Origin: Thermoprotei archaeon
Lineage (GTDB): Archaea; Thermoproteota; Thermoprotei; Gearchaeales; WAQG01
Direction of reading: 5' to 3'
DNA: 64,000 nucleotides
Assembly (NCBI GenBank): GCA_038881895.1
Contig: JAVZOV010000002.1
Coordinates: forward strand, 162,961-226,960
The stretch's first letter is position 1. Each line of letters starts with the position of its first letter. The notes under the pieces were generated by a model, which worked only from the letters and a program-made list of their open reading frames with translations, made no database searches and had not been told where the DNA came from. The translations under genes were made by a program, and so were the position numbers. Of the stretch, positions 54,287-64,000 are shown piece after piece.

Positions 54287-54755
54287 AATAAGCGAAATGA
54301 AAGTAAGTAAAATAAAAGATGGAACAGTAATTGATCACGTTCCTGCGGGAAGAGCTCTAGATGTTCTCAGACTATTAAATTTAACAGGTAAGGAAGGGTT
54401 TATCATTTCATTAGTGATGAATGTTCCGAGTAAAAAGTTTGGGAAAAAAGATATTGTAAAAGTTGAGGGATTAGAACTTGAATCAAATCAGGTCAATAAG
54501 TTAGCATTGATAGCACCTACAGCTACAATAAATATAATAAGGAATTATGATGTTGTAGATAAAAAACGTGTCAGTTTACCGGATAAGATAGTAGGTATAT
54601 TATCATGTCAAAATCCAAATTGTATAACAAGAAAGGATCGTGAACCTGTTATTGCAAGTTTTGTAGTAATATCCAAAAAATTGTTAGTGGTTCAATGCGA
54701 ATACTGCGGAAGATTAATGAATGAAGATGATATCATAAAACAGCTCATTAGGTGA
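54270..54755 (+). CDS. pyrI: aspartate carbamoyltransferase regulatory subunit
   Basis: Allosteric domain plus C-terminal 4-Cys zinc domain (CQNPNC...CEYC); overlaps pyrB. Confidence 0.85.
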   Translation: MIKVSEISEMKVSKIKDGTVIDHVPAGRALDVLRLLNLTGKEGFIISLVMNVPSKKFGKKDIVKVEGLELESNQVNKLALIAPTATINIIRNYDVVDKKRVSLPDKIVGILSCQNPNCITRKDREPVIASFVVISKKLLVVQCEYCGRLMNEDDIIKQLIR

Positions 54756-55519
54756 AGGTTTTGGGATATGTATCTGCCACAGTTATAGAAAATCAACCTT
54801 TAACTCGTACTGTTTCAAAGCTTACTTTCAAGCTAAAATACCCAATCAAACAATCACAACCAGGTAATTATGTGATGGTTTGGTTACCAGGAATTAAAGA
54901 AGCACCGTTTAGTGTGTATAGTCATGAAAGCACAAAAATATCATTAATAATTGAGGCAGTTGGTCCCTTAACTAAGAAGCTTATAAACCTAAAAAATGGA
55001 GAAAAAGTTGGCATAAGAGGACCTTACGGAAATTCTTTTACACTTAGATCAAATTTATCCTACATGCTAGTTGCCGGTGGCTCTGGCACACCTCCGATAT
55101 TTTTCGCATTAAATAAACTTAAACCAATAGCTAAGGATATTACATACCTTATTGGAGCTCACACTTCAGATGAATTATTTCTTATTGATGAGGCAAAACT
55201 TTATTCAGTGAAGGTCTTCGTTGCAACAGATGATGGTTCTTTAGGGTTTAAAGGGTTCGTTACACAACTTGCGAATGATCTACTTAAAAAAGAAAAGATC
55301 GATATGATACTTACATGTGGTCCTGAACCTATGATAAAAACCATGTACGAGCTGGCTGTTAAATATAATGTTATGCTTGAGGCTTCAATGTCACGAATAA
55401 TAAAATGTTCATTAGGTTTTTGTGGATCATGCGTATTAGAACCAAAAGGATATAGAGTATGCACTGATGGACCTGTATTTAATAAAGATCAACTAAGTGG
55501 TATAAAATGGTTGGCTTAA
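54752..55519 (+). CDS. pyrK: dihydroorotate dehydrogenase electron-transfer subunit
   Basis: FNR-like FAD/NAD fold and C-terminal 2Fe-2S motif CSLGFCGSCV; overlaps pyrI by 4 nt. Confidence 0.75.
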   Translation: MKVLGYVSATVIENQPLTRTVSKLTFKLKYPIKQSQPGNYVMVWLPGIKEAPFSVYSHESTKISLIIEAVGPLTKKLINLKNGEKVGIRGPYGNSFTLRSNLSYMLVAGGSGTPPIFFALNKLKPIAKDITYLIGAHTSDELFLIDEAKLYSVKVFVATDDGSLGFKGFVTQLANDLLKKEKIDMILTCGPEPMIKTMYELAVKYNVMLEASMSRIIKCSLGFCGSCVLEPKGYRVCTDGPVFNKDQLSGIKWLA

Positions 55520-56724
55520 GAGATGAATATCAAATAATAGGAAAAGCATTCATAAATAATGCCATTATTGATAATGCAGTCATTCGAATCAAAGATGACA
55601 AGATTATAAAAGTAAGTAAAAAAGAAGAGCGTAATATAAAAACATTAATATTAAAAAATGAAGAATTAATAATTCCTGCTACAATTGATTTACACGTTCA
55701 TTTAAGAGATTGGGAACAAAGTTATAAAGAGGATATAGAAAGTGGTACTAAGGCTGCATTAAAAGGAGGATGCACTACGATTGTGGAAATGCCTAATACA
55801 TTACCACCAATAAATACTTCTGAAAAGTTGGAACAACGATTAGAAATGCTTCACGCTAGATCTAGAGTCGATTTTGGTGTCCACTTTGGTGTTCCAAACG
55901 ATCTTTCAGAACTTGCAAAAGTCGCGAAAAAAATTATTGCAATCAAAGTATATCCAAATGATCTTCACAGAATACATGAAATATTTTATTCCGCTCTACA
56001 GTTAAATCTAAAAGTTGCAGTACATGCAGAATTTAAAGTTGGTGACGAGCCATTAGCAGTTAATTATGTTTTATCTAATAAACCAAGAATGTTGAGTTTA
56101 AGGTTTGTACATGTTTCAAGGGAAGGATCATTAAAAATAATAAGTCATAATAAAGATAAAAATACTCTTATAGAAGTTACACCACACCATTTACTTCTTT
56201 CTTATGAGGAACTCCAAAATATGCCAAATGGAATGAAATATTGCAGGCCACCCATATCTTCAATTAATGATAAAAAGGCGCTATATGATGCATTAATTTC
56301 AGGTTTTATAGATTTTATTGCAACTGATCATGCACCCCATTTAATATCTGAAAAACTCTCAGAGAATCCAGCACCAGGATTTCCTGGTCTTGAAATTTCT
56401 CTTCCACTCATGATAACTCAATGGATCAAAGACCTGATACCGTTAAGTCAAGTTATAAAGACAATGTGTATAAACCCTGCAAGATACTTAGGTATACAGA
56501 AGGGCATCATAAACGAGGGTTTTTATGCCGATCTGACAGTAGTAAATCTTAAAACATGGAAGCCTGTGAAAGCATCAGATTTCATAAGTAAAGCAAAATA
56601 TACGCCTTTCGAGGGTTGGTTATTAACAGGTTGGCCCACTAAAGTATTTTTACGTGGCTTATTAGCCTATGAGGATGGTGAAATCTTTTTAACAAGAGGT
56701 AAACATGTTCTAGATTTAAGATGA
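55507..56724 (+). CDS. pyrC: dihydroorotase
   Basis: Amidohydrolase HxH motif (DLHVHLRD), conserved Asp in TDHAPH. Confidence 0.75.
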   Translation: MVGLRDEYQIIGKAFINNAIIDNAVIRIKDDKIIKVSKKEERNIKTLILKNEELIIPATIDLHVHLRDWEQSYKEDIESGTKAALKGGCTTIVEMPNTLPPINTSEKLEQRLEMLHARSRVDFGVHFGVPNDLSELAKVAKKIIAIKVYPNDLHRIHEIFYSALQLNLKVAVHAEFKVGDEPLAVNYVLSNKPRMLSLRFVHVSREGSLKIISHNKDKNTLIEVTPHHLLLSYEELQNMPNGMKYCRPPISSINDKKALYDALISGFIDFIATDHAPHLISEKLSENPAPGFPGLEISLPLMITQWIKDLIPLSQVIKTMCINPARYLGIQKGIINEGFYADLTVVNLKTWKPVKASDFISKAKYTPFEGWLLTGWPTKVFLRGLLAYEDGEIFLTRGKHVLDLR

Positions 56725-57046
56725 TAATGGTTCTTAAATTTTTGCTGATCCATTTGTGATTTTATTAATGAACGATAAGCTTTACAGCTGTGAGGTTCAT
56801 GGATTTTCATTCCTTACTTATATTGCTCACGTCTTTGGGCTTCGCAAAGGTGAGGATGATGCATCGAACGTTAAGCCTGTCGCTCATTCCTTATGGAAGC
56901 AAGACCTGTATTAGTTGTTAAAAACTAGGAACAAACACTTATAAAGTTTTTCAGAAATTACTGTCTAACTTTAGATGAAGAGAGTCTCATAGACAATAAA
57001 GATGAAGAATAAATGTGTGGTTTGCATGATGTTATTGTGATAAAAA

Positions 57047-57343
57047 ATGCTATTAGCAGATATTCATGTTTCACCTATTGGAACGTGCTCTACATCCGTA
57101 TCTGAATATATAAAAATTGCTATAAATATATTAAAGCAAAGAAACATAAAATTCATAATAGGACCTTTCTCAACGAGTATAGAAGTAAAAGATTTCAATG
57201 AGCTGGCATCGATAATCAACGAAATTCATGAAGAACTTTATAGGATGGGAATAAAGCGTATAGTCACAGAAATAAGAATTGATGACCGACGGGATAAAGA
57301 GGTAACATTAGAAAGTAAAATACAAGCAGTGAGTAGTGATTAA
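57047..57343 (+). CDS. MTH1187/YkoF-family (UPF0045) small protein
   Basis: 98 aa with a ferredoxin-like beta-alpha-beta-beta-alpha-beta pattern; N terminus ADIHVSPIG typical of the family. Confidence 0.5.
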   Translation: MLLADIHVSPIGTCSTSVSEYIKIAINILKQRNIKFIIGPFSTSIEVKDFNELASIINEIHEELYRMGIKRIVTEIRIDDRRDKEVTLESKIQAVSSD

Positions 57344-58272
57344 CTTGATTTTTTAATTATTAATCCACTCATATTTTTTATGTTAGTAAATCCATGTCTT
57401 TTCATATAATTTATAATACCCTTAATTAATCTGTGAACTACTATTTCAGGTTCTTTTGATATTAATACTGTGCCTATTTGCACAGCTATAGCACCAGCAA
57501 GTATAAACTCTATAGCATCTTTCCAAGTTTCAATACCTCCAACTCCTATTATTGGAACATTGAAGTTACTGCTTAGTTTATAGACTGAATATACAGCAAT
57601 TGGATGTAGCGCTTTTCCTGAAACACCACCATAAATGTTGCTGAGTACTGGTGCTTTTAATTCAACATCTATGGACATGCCTCTTAAAGTATTTACAGCT
57701 ACTAGCCCGTCAGCTCCACCTTTAATTGATGCTCTTCCTTGAATTAATATATCTGAAGTATTGGGTGTAAGTTTTGAGAAAACTGGTATTTTAACATTCC
57801 TTTTAACGGAACGAACTACTTCTTCAACCATGATAGGATCATCACCTAATTCTGTTCCGAGACCTTTAACATGAGGGCATGACAAGTTTAGTTCAATTGC
57901 ATCTGCACCATAATCTTGTGCCAGACCTGACATCCATGCAAATTCCTCAGGTGATGATCCCGCTAAACTTACTATAATTGGGATTCCACATTCTTTCGTT
58001 TCTTGGATATCATTTTTAAAATTCTTAATGCCTGGATTTGCCAAACCAACAGCATTAAGAGTATAGCATCGTGTTGAATAAATTATGGGCGGAACATAGC
58101 CCTCTCTACGTTCTGCAGTAAGCGTTTTTGTAACAACAGCTCCAACACCAGCGTTTGCAACCCTCTTTAATAACGATCCTGAAGATCCCATAATTCCAGA
58201 GGCAAGGATAATTGGATTTTTCAATTTAAGACCAGCTAAATTCACTTCAAGGTTTACTTCCACAAAGCCCAA
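57340..58272 (-). CDS. pyrD: dihydroorotate dehydrogenase catalytic subunit (class 1B)
   Basis: GLKLKNPIILASG N terminus, FMN-binding TIM-barrel motifs (GIGGIETWKDAIEFILAGA). Confidence 0.8.
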   Translation of the reverse strand: MGFVEVNLEVNLAGLKLKNPIILASGIMGSSGSLLKRVANAGVGAVVTKTLTAERREGYVPPIIYSTRCYTLNAVGLANPGIKNFKNDIQETKECGIPIIVSLAGSSPEEFAWMSGLAQDYGADAIELNLSCPHVKGLGTELGDDPIMVEEVVRSVKRNVKIPVFSKLTPNTSDILIQGRASIKGGADGLVAVNTLRGMSIDVELKAPVLSNIYGGVSGKALHPIAVYSVYKLSSNFNVPIIGVGGIETWKDAIEFILAGAIAVQIGTVLISKEPEIVVHRLIKGIINYMKRHGFTNIKNMSGLIIKKSS

Positions 58273-58324
58273 CCCTACATATAAATTAATAATATTTAAA
58301 TTTTAATTCAAGAATGGGGGAGTT

Positions 58325-59020
58325 ATGTTGAACAATGAAATAAGAGAGAGAATGTTCAAATTATCAGAGTTAAAATCTAGCAGAATAATACTTGCGCTAG
58401 ATAAAGCCGAATCTCTCAATCTTCTCAATAATTTATTAAGATACTTTGTCTGTGTAAAAATTGGCCTTCCATTATTAATCAGTGTAGGAGCAAATACTAT
58501 GAAAAGTATCATAGCAAAATATAAGAATGACGTTGTGTTCATAGCTGATCTAAAGATAGCTGATATACCTGAAACTAATGAAAGTACAACTAAAATTGTA
58601 AAAGAGATTGGATTTGATGCAGTAATCGCACATACATTTGTAGGTTCTGAGTCATTAAAGTCTGTTACAAAAATTTTGCCAGTTTTTGCTCTAGTAGGCA
58701 TGAGCCATAAAGATGCACATTTAATTAATTCAAACACAGAAATACTTATAAATATATCAATCTCAAGCGGAATATTTAATTTTGTGGCACCAGCAACATA
58801 TCCAGAAATAATAAAAAAACTCAGATCCAAAATTCCTAATGCACTCATTATATCTCCGGGAGTAGGAGCACAAGGAGCGCACTTCGGATCAGCACTAAAA
58901 GCAGGCGCAGATTTCGAAATAATAGGCAGATCAATAACACTTTCACAAAATCCACTAGAAAATGTTCAAAAAATCCTTAAAGCACATGAATATGTCCTAA
59001 AAGAAAAAACCCTTAGTTAA
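58325..59020 (+). CDS. pyrF: orotidine 5'-phosphate decarboxylase
   Basis: LALD..., DLKIADIPET (catalytic Lys/Asp), C-terminal GVGAQG. Confidence 0.8.
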   Translation: MLNNEIRERMFKLSELKSSRIILALDKAESLNLLNNLLRYFVCVKIGLPLLISVGANTMKSIIAKYKNDVVFIADLKIADIPETNESTTKIVKEIGFDAVIAHTFVGSESLKSVTKILPVFALVGMSHKDAHLINSNTEILINISISSGIFNFVAPATYPEIIKKLRSKIPNALIISPGVGAQGAHFGSALKAGADFEIIGRSITLSQNPLENVQKILKAHEYVLKEKTLS

Positions 59021-59102
59021 TAGAAATTATCCTAATTCAATTAACCATATAATAAATTTGCGCTTTGAATTAGTTTTTATATATTAACCTAAATAAAAAT
59101 GT

Positions 59103-59366
59103 TCACAATTTTATTTTAAAAATTGCAACTCGGTACTCGGATTCTTTTCTGGGCTCAATTATTTTTTCAAGCTCTACATCTATATTAAAATTTTCTATTT
59201 CATACTTTAAATCTTCAATCCATGAATTAACACCACAGGTTTCACAAAAACTACCTGTGAATTTCACAATTAGTTTGTTATCTTCTATCTTAAGTATTCT
59301 AGCTTTAGATTCAGGAGCCCTATACTTATTATAACTCTTTATGGCCTCTCTTATTCGTGAATCCAT
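59103..59366 (-). CDS. small hypothetical protein
   Basis: 87-aa ORF with a CETCG motif; no family recognised. Confidence 0.3.
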   Translation of the reverse strand: MDSRIREAIKSYNKYRAPESKARILKIEDNKLIVKFTGSFCETCGVNSWIEDLKYEIENFNIDVELEKIIEPRKESEYRVAIFKIKL

Positions 59367-59696
59367 TTCTCCTCTGATCCTCCTTAAGAAACAGCTTTCA
59401 GATACAACAACACTAATAAAATTAGAGACATATAACTTTTTATGACAAAACTTATCCTTGGAAGAGTAAGGTTTCTTTAGAATCTCATAGTTACATACCT
59501 TTTAATGTGTGTTACCATCGTGTGCTCTGTTGCGTTCATTGAGCTTATTTTAATATGAAAGTTCTTTTTAGATGAATACAAGAAACAAACAGCAAAGAAG
59601 ATTTTTAACATACCTACAGATACTCTGCTTAATGCTCCTTCGACAGGAAAATGTTTATTTATCACTGTGTTTATTATTATGTTTTGTGTTAATATT

Positions 59697-60872
59697 ATGA
59701 AGATAAAGATCTCTGAACGAGGATCTCGTGTAGAGTTATCTCCTGTTGAGGAAGCTACCAAGATCGCTATAAAGCATGGTGTTATAAACTTGGCTAGTGG
59801 TAGTCCAGATCCAAGAGTTGTTCCTGTTAACGAGTTAAAAAGTATTGCTGTTAAGGTATTAGATGAGAGAGGTTTTAATGCGCTGACATATCCTAATGCT
59901 GGAGGACAAAATGAACTGAAGATTGAAATTAAGAAGTATATGAGTGATTTTAGTATCAGGATAAGAGATGATGAAGATGTTGTAATAACTAGTGGTGCTC
60001 AACATGCTTTTAGGCTAATCGCAGATCTTCTTGTAGAGAAGAACGATGTTGTTATAGTTGAGAATCCTACATTTTACGAAACATTAGCTCCATTTAGGTT
60101 TCATGGTGCATCAGTAATTGGCGTTTCTCTCGATGATGAAGGTTTAGATATTGATGAGCTTAGGAATTTCCTTAGTAGTAACAAAATTAATTGTGGAATA
60201 TTGTACGTTATACCTACTTGCCATAATCCTACTGGAATAACTATGAGTATTGAACGTAGAAAAGAGCTTATGGAGGTAATTTCACAGTATGATCTTCTTG
60301 TTATTGAAGATGATCCATACAGGCCTATTGCTGCCGATGCTCCTCCTCCGCTCAAAAAATTTGATGATGAGGGTAGAGTGTTATATGTTGGTAGTTTTAG
60401 TAAAGTTTTAGCACCTGGTCTACGTATTGGATGGATATATGGTTCTAAATCAATCTTAGATAGATTGATGCTTCTTGAGCAGCTTGATTTTGCTGTTTCA
60501 ACGCTTACCCAATATATTGTTGTTGAAGCCTTACGTTCAGGTTTGATAAGTAAGTTGATTCCAAAATTAACTAACCATTATAAATCTAAAATGCGCATCA
60601 TGTACGAATCATTAGAAAATTATATGCCTAGCAATGTTAGTTGGACTAATTCTGCTAATGGTTTCTTTCTTTTAGTTAAAGTCATTGGGGTTGATATGGA
60701 AGGATTATTACCTAAAGCTATTGATCGTGGCGTTGTTTATGTTCCTGCTCGTCGATTCTTTATTAATGGCAGGCATTCTGATACTGCTAGGTTGAGCATA
60801 AGCTTATCTAACGAGGAGGATATCAAGAAAGGTATTAAAGTGTTATCATCTTTAATAAAAGATGTTCATTAA
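59697..60872 (+). CDS. class I/II PLP-dependent aminotransferase (aspartate aminotransferase family)
   Basis: Fold-type I motifs (NLASGSPDP; SFSKVLAPGLRIG with the PLP Lys); start placed at ATG 59697 rather than the upstream GTG. Confidence 0.75.
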   Translation: MKIKISERGSRVELSPVEEATKIAIKHGVINLASGSPDPRVVPVNELKSIAVKVLDERGFNALTYPNAGGQNELKIEIKKYMSDFSIRIRDDEDVVITSGAQHAFRLIADLLVEKNDVVIVENPTFYETLAPFRFHGASVIGVSLDDEGLDIDELRNFLSSNKINCGILYVIPTCHNPTGITMSIERRKELMEVISQYDLLVIEDDPYRPIAADAPPPLKKFDDEGRVLYVGSFSKVLAPGLRIGWIYGSKSILDRLMLLEQLDFAVSTLTQYIVVEALRSGLISKLIPKLTNHYKSKMRIMYESLENYMPSNVSWTNSANGFFLLVKVIGVDMEGLLPKAIDRGVVYVPARRFFINGRHSDTARLSISLSNEEDIKKGIKVLSSLIKDVH

Positions 60873-60882
60873 ATTTTAAGCT

Positions 60883-62034
60883 TCATTGGTACCAAACGAT
60901 TTTACCACGAATTATTGTAAATCTTACATTTAGATCACTATCAAGTACTACTAAATTTGCTTCCTTACCTGGTTCTATTCTACCCATACTTGGTTTTTTA
61001 AGAATATCAGCTGGCACTAATGTTGCCATGAGGATGCTATATTTCAGTGGCAATCCTATTTTTACCATGTTTTTTATTGCATTATTCATAACGAGTGTGC
61101 TACCAGCTATTGTTCCATCTGGAAGCGTTGCTTTTTTATTCATTACTATTATTGAATATGAACCGAGCTGATATTTACCATCAGGTAATCCAGCAGCCTC
61201 TATGGCATCTGTTACTAGAGCTATTTTATCTAAAGGTTTTGCTTTCACAATTAGTTTTAAAATTTCTGGATGAATGTGTATAAAGTCCGCAATCATTTCT
61301 ACATAAATCTCATCATTAGTTAATGCAAATCCTGGTAAACCTGGTTCTCTATGATGAAAATCCCTCATTGCATTAAAAAGATGCGTAATAAGTTTAGCAC
61401 CAGCATTAAAACCTCCCTTTGCTTCATTAAATGTTGCATCACTATGACCCATTGATATTATTACACCATTTTTAACAGCCTCGCTAATTAACTCTTGAGC
61501 TCCTTCTAATTCAGGTGCGATAGTGAGCCGAAGCGGCATCTCCTTTCTTAGGCTTATGTACTCATATAATTCATCTAGATCAGGCTTTCTGATATGTTCT
61601 ATTGGTTGCGCACCCTTTTTCATAGGGTTTATAAAAGGTCCTTCCAGGTGTGCTCCGAGAACCTCTGCGCCTTCATTTCCTGAACCCCACAACTCATATG
61701 TTGCTTGTATAAATTCACGAAAACGGTCTTTCGGAGAACAGATAGCAGTAGGCATAAATCCTGTAACACCATATTTAGGTAATATTTTAGCCATATTTTT
61801 TACACCATAATAACCGTCTCTAGTTGCATCAAAACCTTCAGTACCATGAATGTGAATATCAATAAAACCTGGCACAACTATCATGTTTTTTGCATCCAAA
61901 AAATATTCAGGAACTTCACCTGAAAATGGTTTCATATCTATTATAATCTTCTCATCAAATTCTATAATAATGTTATTCACCTCTTCCTTTGGTGTGATTA
62001 GTTTACCAGCAACTACACCTTTAACTGTTTTCAT
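60883..62034 (-). CDS. nagA: N-acetylglucosamine-6-phosphate deacetylase-like amidohydrolase
   Basis: VPGFIDIHIHG metal-binding motif characteristic of NagA; 383 aa. Confidence 0.55.
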   Translation of the reverse strand: MKTVKGVVAGKLITPKEEVNNIIIEFDEKIIIDMKPFSGEVPEYFLDAKNMIVVPGFIDIHIHGTEGFDATRDGYYGVKNMAKILPKYGVTGFMPTAICSPKDRFREFIQATYELWGSGNEGAEVLGAHLEGPFINPMKKGAQPIEHIRKPDLDELYEYISLRKEMPLRLTIAPELEGAQELISEAVKNGVIISMGHSDATFNEAKGGFNAGAKLITHLFNAMRDFHHREPGLPGFALTNDEIYVEMIADFIHIHPEILKLIVKAKPLDKIALVTDAIEAAGLPDGKYQLGSYSIIVMNKKATLPDGTIAGSTLVMNNAIKNMVKIGLPLKYSILMATLVPADILKKPSMGRIEPGKEANLVVLDSDLNVRFTIIRGKIVWYQ

Positions 62035-63047
62035 ATCAATAACTATACAGCATGCCTAGCAATATAAAACAATCGTATCTATTCACAAAAAACTTTTAAA
62101 ATATATAAAAACATGCAAACTTCCAATAACATTTTTGATGTAATGCCACCAAATAGTTTTCGAACAAATCTTTTTCTATCTTCTACATGGAATGTTTTTC
62201 TAGTTAGGTCGATCTACAGGACTTTTGTAGGAAGACTCGCGCAGATATAACCTCTATCCTAAGCACACCGTGAGGACAATAGTCAGCGCAATAACCACAG
62301 TGTACATATATTCCTAGTTTATTAGATTTGTACTACCAACCGATCTAACTTGTGTGAACTTCTAGCTAAACCTCTAACTCCAAACCTTCTATTACATGCA
62401 AACATGCATAATTGACAACCAACATATCCGTTTGCATCAACAATAACCAACCTATTTATTATAATTAAATATATATCATGCGTTTTAAATATTTTTGGAA
62501 CTCACCTTTTTATTATACGATCATCACTTCACGATCTTTTAACTGATCTTCTCCTCACCCAGAGAAGCGAAATCTTCGGTTGTAATTAAACGATGATTTT
62601 ATTAGTCTGGTGAAATTTCTCACTTCGATGCTTTCAATACTAGAAACACTCACAACAATAGTTATACTGATTATGATATTTGTTTTATTATTAATGATTA
62701 GGTCTGCATCATTCATCAAAATAGGGTTTGGAATTTTACAACTGACTATTGGCTTACTAATTATCATACTAATTTTCAGGTTTCTCAAATTTTTAATAGT
62801 GCTGGCTCTAGTGCTCATCCTAGTATGCATCTTTCTAATAATAAAGAAAAAATAAGATAACGCACTATGAGTGAATTTCAGAATATTCAGAAAATTAGTA
62901 TTTCGTACGTTTCTTGGTTATAGAATCCTAAAATAACTTTCATAAAAGGTATTTCGTAATATTCACGATATATCAGAGATGATCTTTGATAATGTAAACA
63001 TAAGATGTTAATGTGATTTTGCTTGATGATTGTTTTTTGTAATGAAA

Positions 63048-63974
63048 TCACGTCATCATGTAATTTTCATTTTTATATTTATTAAGTGGTTTAATTGCTA
63101 TGATTAGGTTTGTTATTTCCGAATATTTTGAATAAAGTTTTTTCTTTGTTTTCATAACTATTTTATGTGCATCTCTAAGTGTTATTAATGTGTCAGTTTC
63201 TAGTATTATTGTTCCCATGATGAATGAACCCGCTCTTTTAAGCATTGTTTTTGCCACTTTTGCTCCAGAGATCTCTTCAACTGTTCTTATAATATCTATG
63301 ACTTTTTCTTTTGGTGGTGCTGCATCTAAAAGTGATAGGAGAGAGTCCTTCAAAATGCGTACTATATCCATAATTGTGTAAAGTATTATCATGGAGAGTA
63401 TCACTAATTGTAATGCCAGTATGTTTGTAATGATTTCTGCTAATATTCCTATAAAAGCTGCCAGTGTAATATAAGCATCAGTTTTAGCATGTAAAGCATC
63501 AGTTAAAAGTGATGACGATCTTGATCTTTTAGCCCACTTAATTTCATATTTATACATGCTGTATGATGTTGATGCTCCGATTAATAATAAGGGTAATGCA
63601 TATAACGGTGTTTTAGATAAGTTTGAGACTGTCTGAATAATTATCATTATTACAAAATAGATAGTCACAAAGACTATAAATAATGATGCTAGGTTTTCAA
63701 TTTTATAAAGACCCCAAGGAAATTTAGAGGAAAATCTTTTCTTAGATGTTATATAGATTGATAGTGCTGTAGCAAAGCTCATCGCAGCATCTAAAAAACT
63801 ATGCATTGCATCTGCAAAGATTATACTTGAATGGCCCATTATTATCATTACTAATGGTTCAATCACAGCAAATATCATTGAAAGTAGCCCAGCAGTCAGA
63901 GCGGCTTTGAGAGCCTTTTCTCTGTTTCTCATTATCATGATGTGCATAAGGATCACCTTTTGATGAATAGACAA
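63048..63974 (-). CDS. cation diffusion facilitator (CDF) family transporter, second copy in the window
   Basis: TM helices with the FADAMHSFLD motif and a C-terminal cytoplasmic domain; the true start is probably an internal Met. Confidence 0.6.
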   Translation of the reverse strand: MSIHQKVILMHIMIMRNREKALKAALTAGLLSMIFAVIEPLVMIIMGHSSIIFADAMHSFLDAAMSFATALSIYITSKKRFSSKFPWGLYKIENLASLFIVFVTIYFVIMIIIQTVSNLSKTPLYALPLLLIGASTSYSMYKYEIKWAKRSRSSSLLTDALHAKTDAYITLAAFIGILAEIITNILALQLVILSMIILYTIMDIVRILKDSLLSLLDAAPPKEKVIDIIRTVEEISGAKVAKTMLKRAGSFIMGTIILETDTLITLRDAHKIVMKTKKKLYSKYSEITNLIIAIKPLNKYKNENYMMT

Positions 63975-64000
63975 ACGAAAGAATTACCTATTCTAGCTAT

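Noticed and set aside
62610-62855. 81-aa hydrophobic ORF
   Set aside because: Ile/Leu low-complexity run in an AT-rich region, no start signal; probably not a gene.

Overview
AT-rich archaeal chromosomal segment. Gene content and order point to a Thermoplasmata/Thermoplasmatales-like thermoacidophile: two-subunit 2-oxoacid:ferredoxin oxidoreductase, E1alpha-E1beta-E2 2-oxoacid dehydrogenase operon beside LplA, heme O synthase, sulfocyanin-like cupredoxin, surface proteins rich in N-glycosylation sequons. Most of the window is housekeeping. It contains a near-complete pyrimidine cluster (pyrE-pyrB-pyrI-pyrK-pyrC, pyrD, pyrF), IMP dehydrogenase, CysRS, SRP RNA, a DtxR-family repressor with a metal ABC importer, two CDF exporters, an ABC-2 exporter, a YumC-type FNR next to OFOR, and a bona fide form III RuBisCO flanked by two divergent radical-SAM/SPASM enzymes. 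I found no CRISPR array, tRNA or rRNA. Signals not explained by the coding annotation: (i) several GC-rich, hairpin-rich intergenic islands in an otherwise AT-rich genome, of which at least two pairs are clearly related to each other (dispersed repeat or MITE-like families, or paralogous structured RNAs); (ii) a tandem DtxR 'iron box' operator over the repressor start; (iii) a TGAACA/TGTTCA operator-like array in front of a two-gene module encoding an HTH/coiled-coil protein that sits behind a 500-bp AT-rich spacer; (iv) several small Cys-rich ORFs below the ORF-track cutoff or unannotated. All function calls are from motif recognition by eye. No database search was run.
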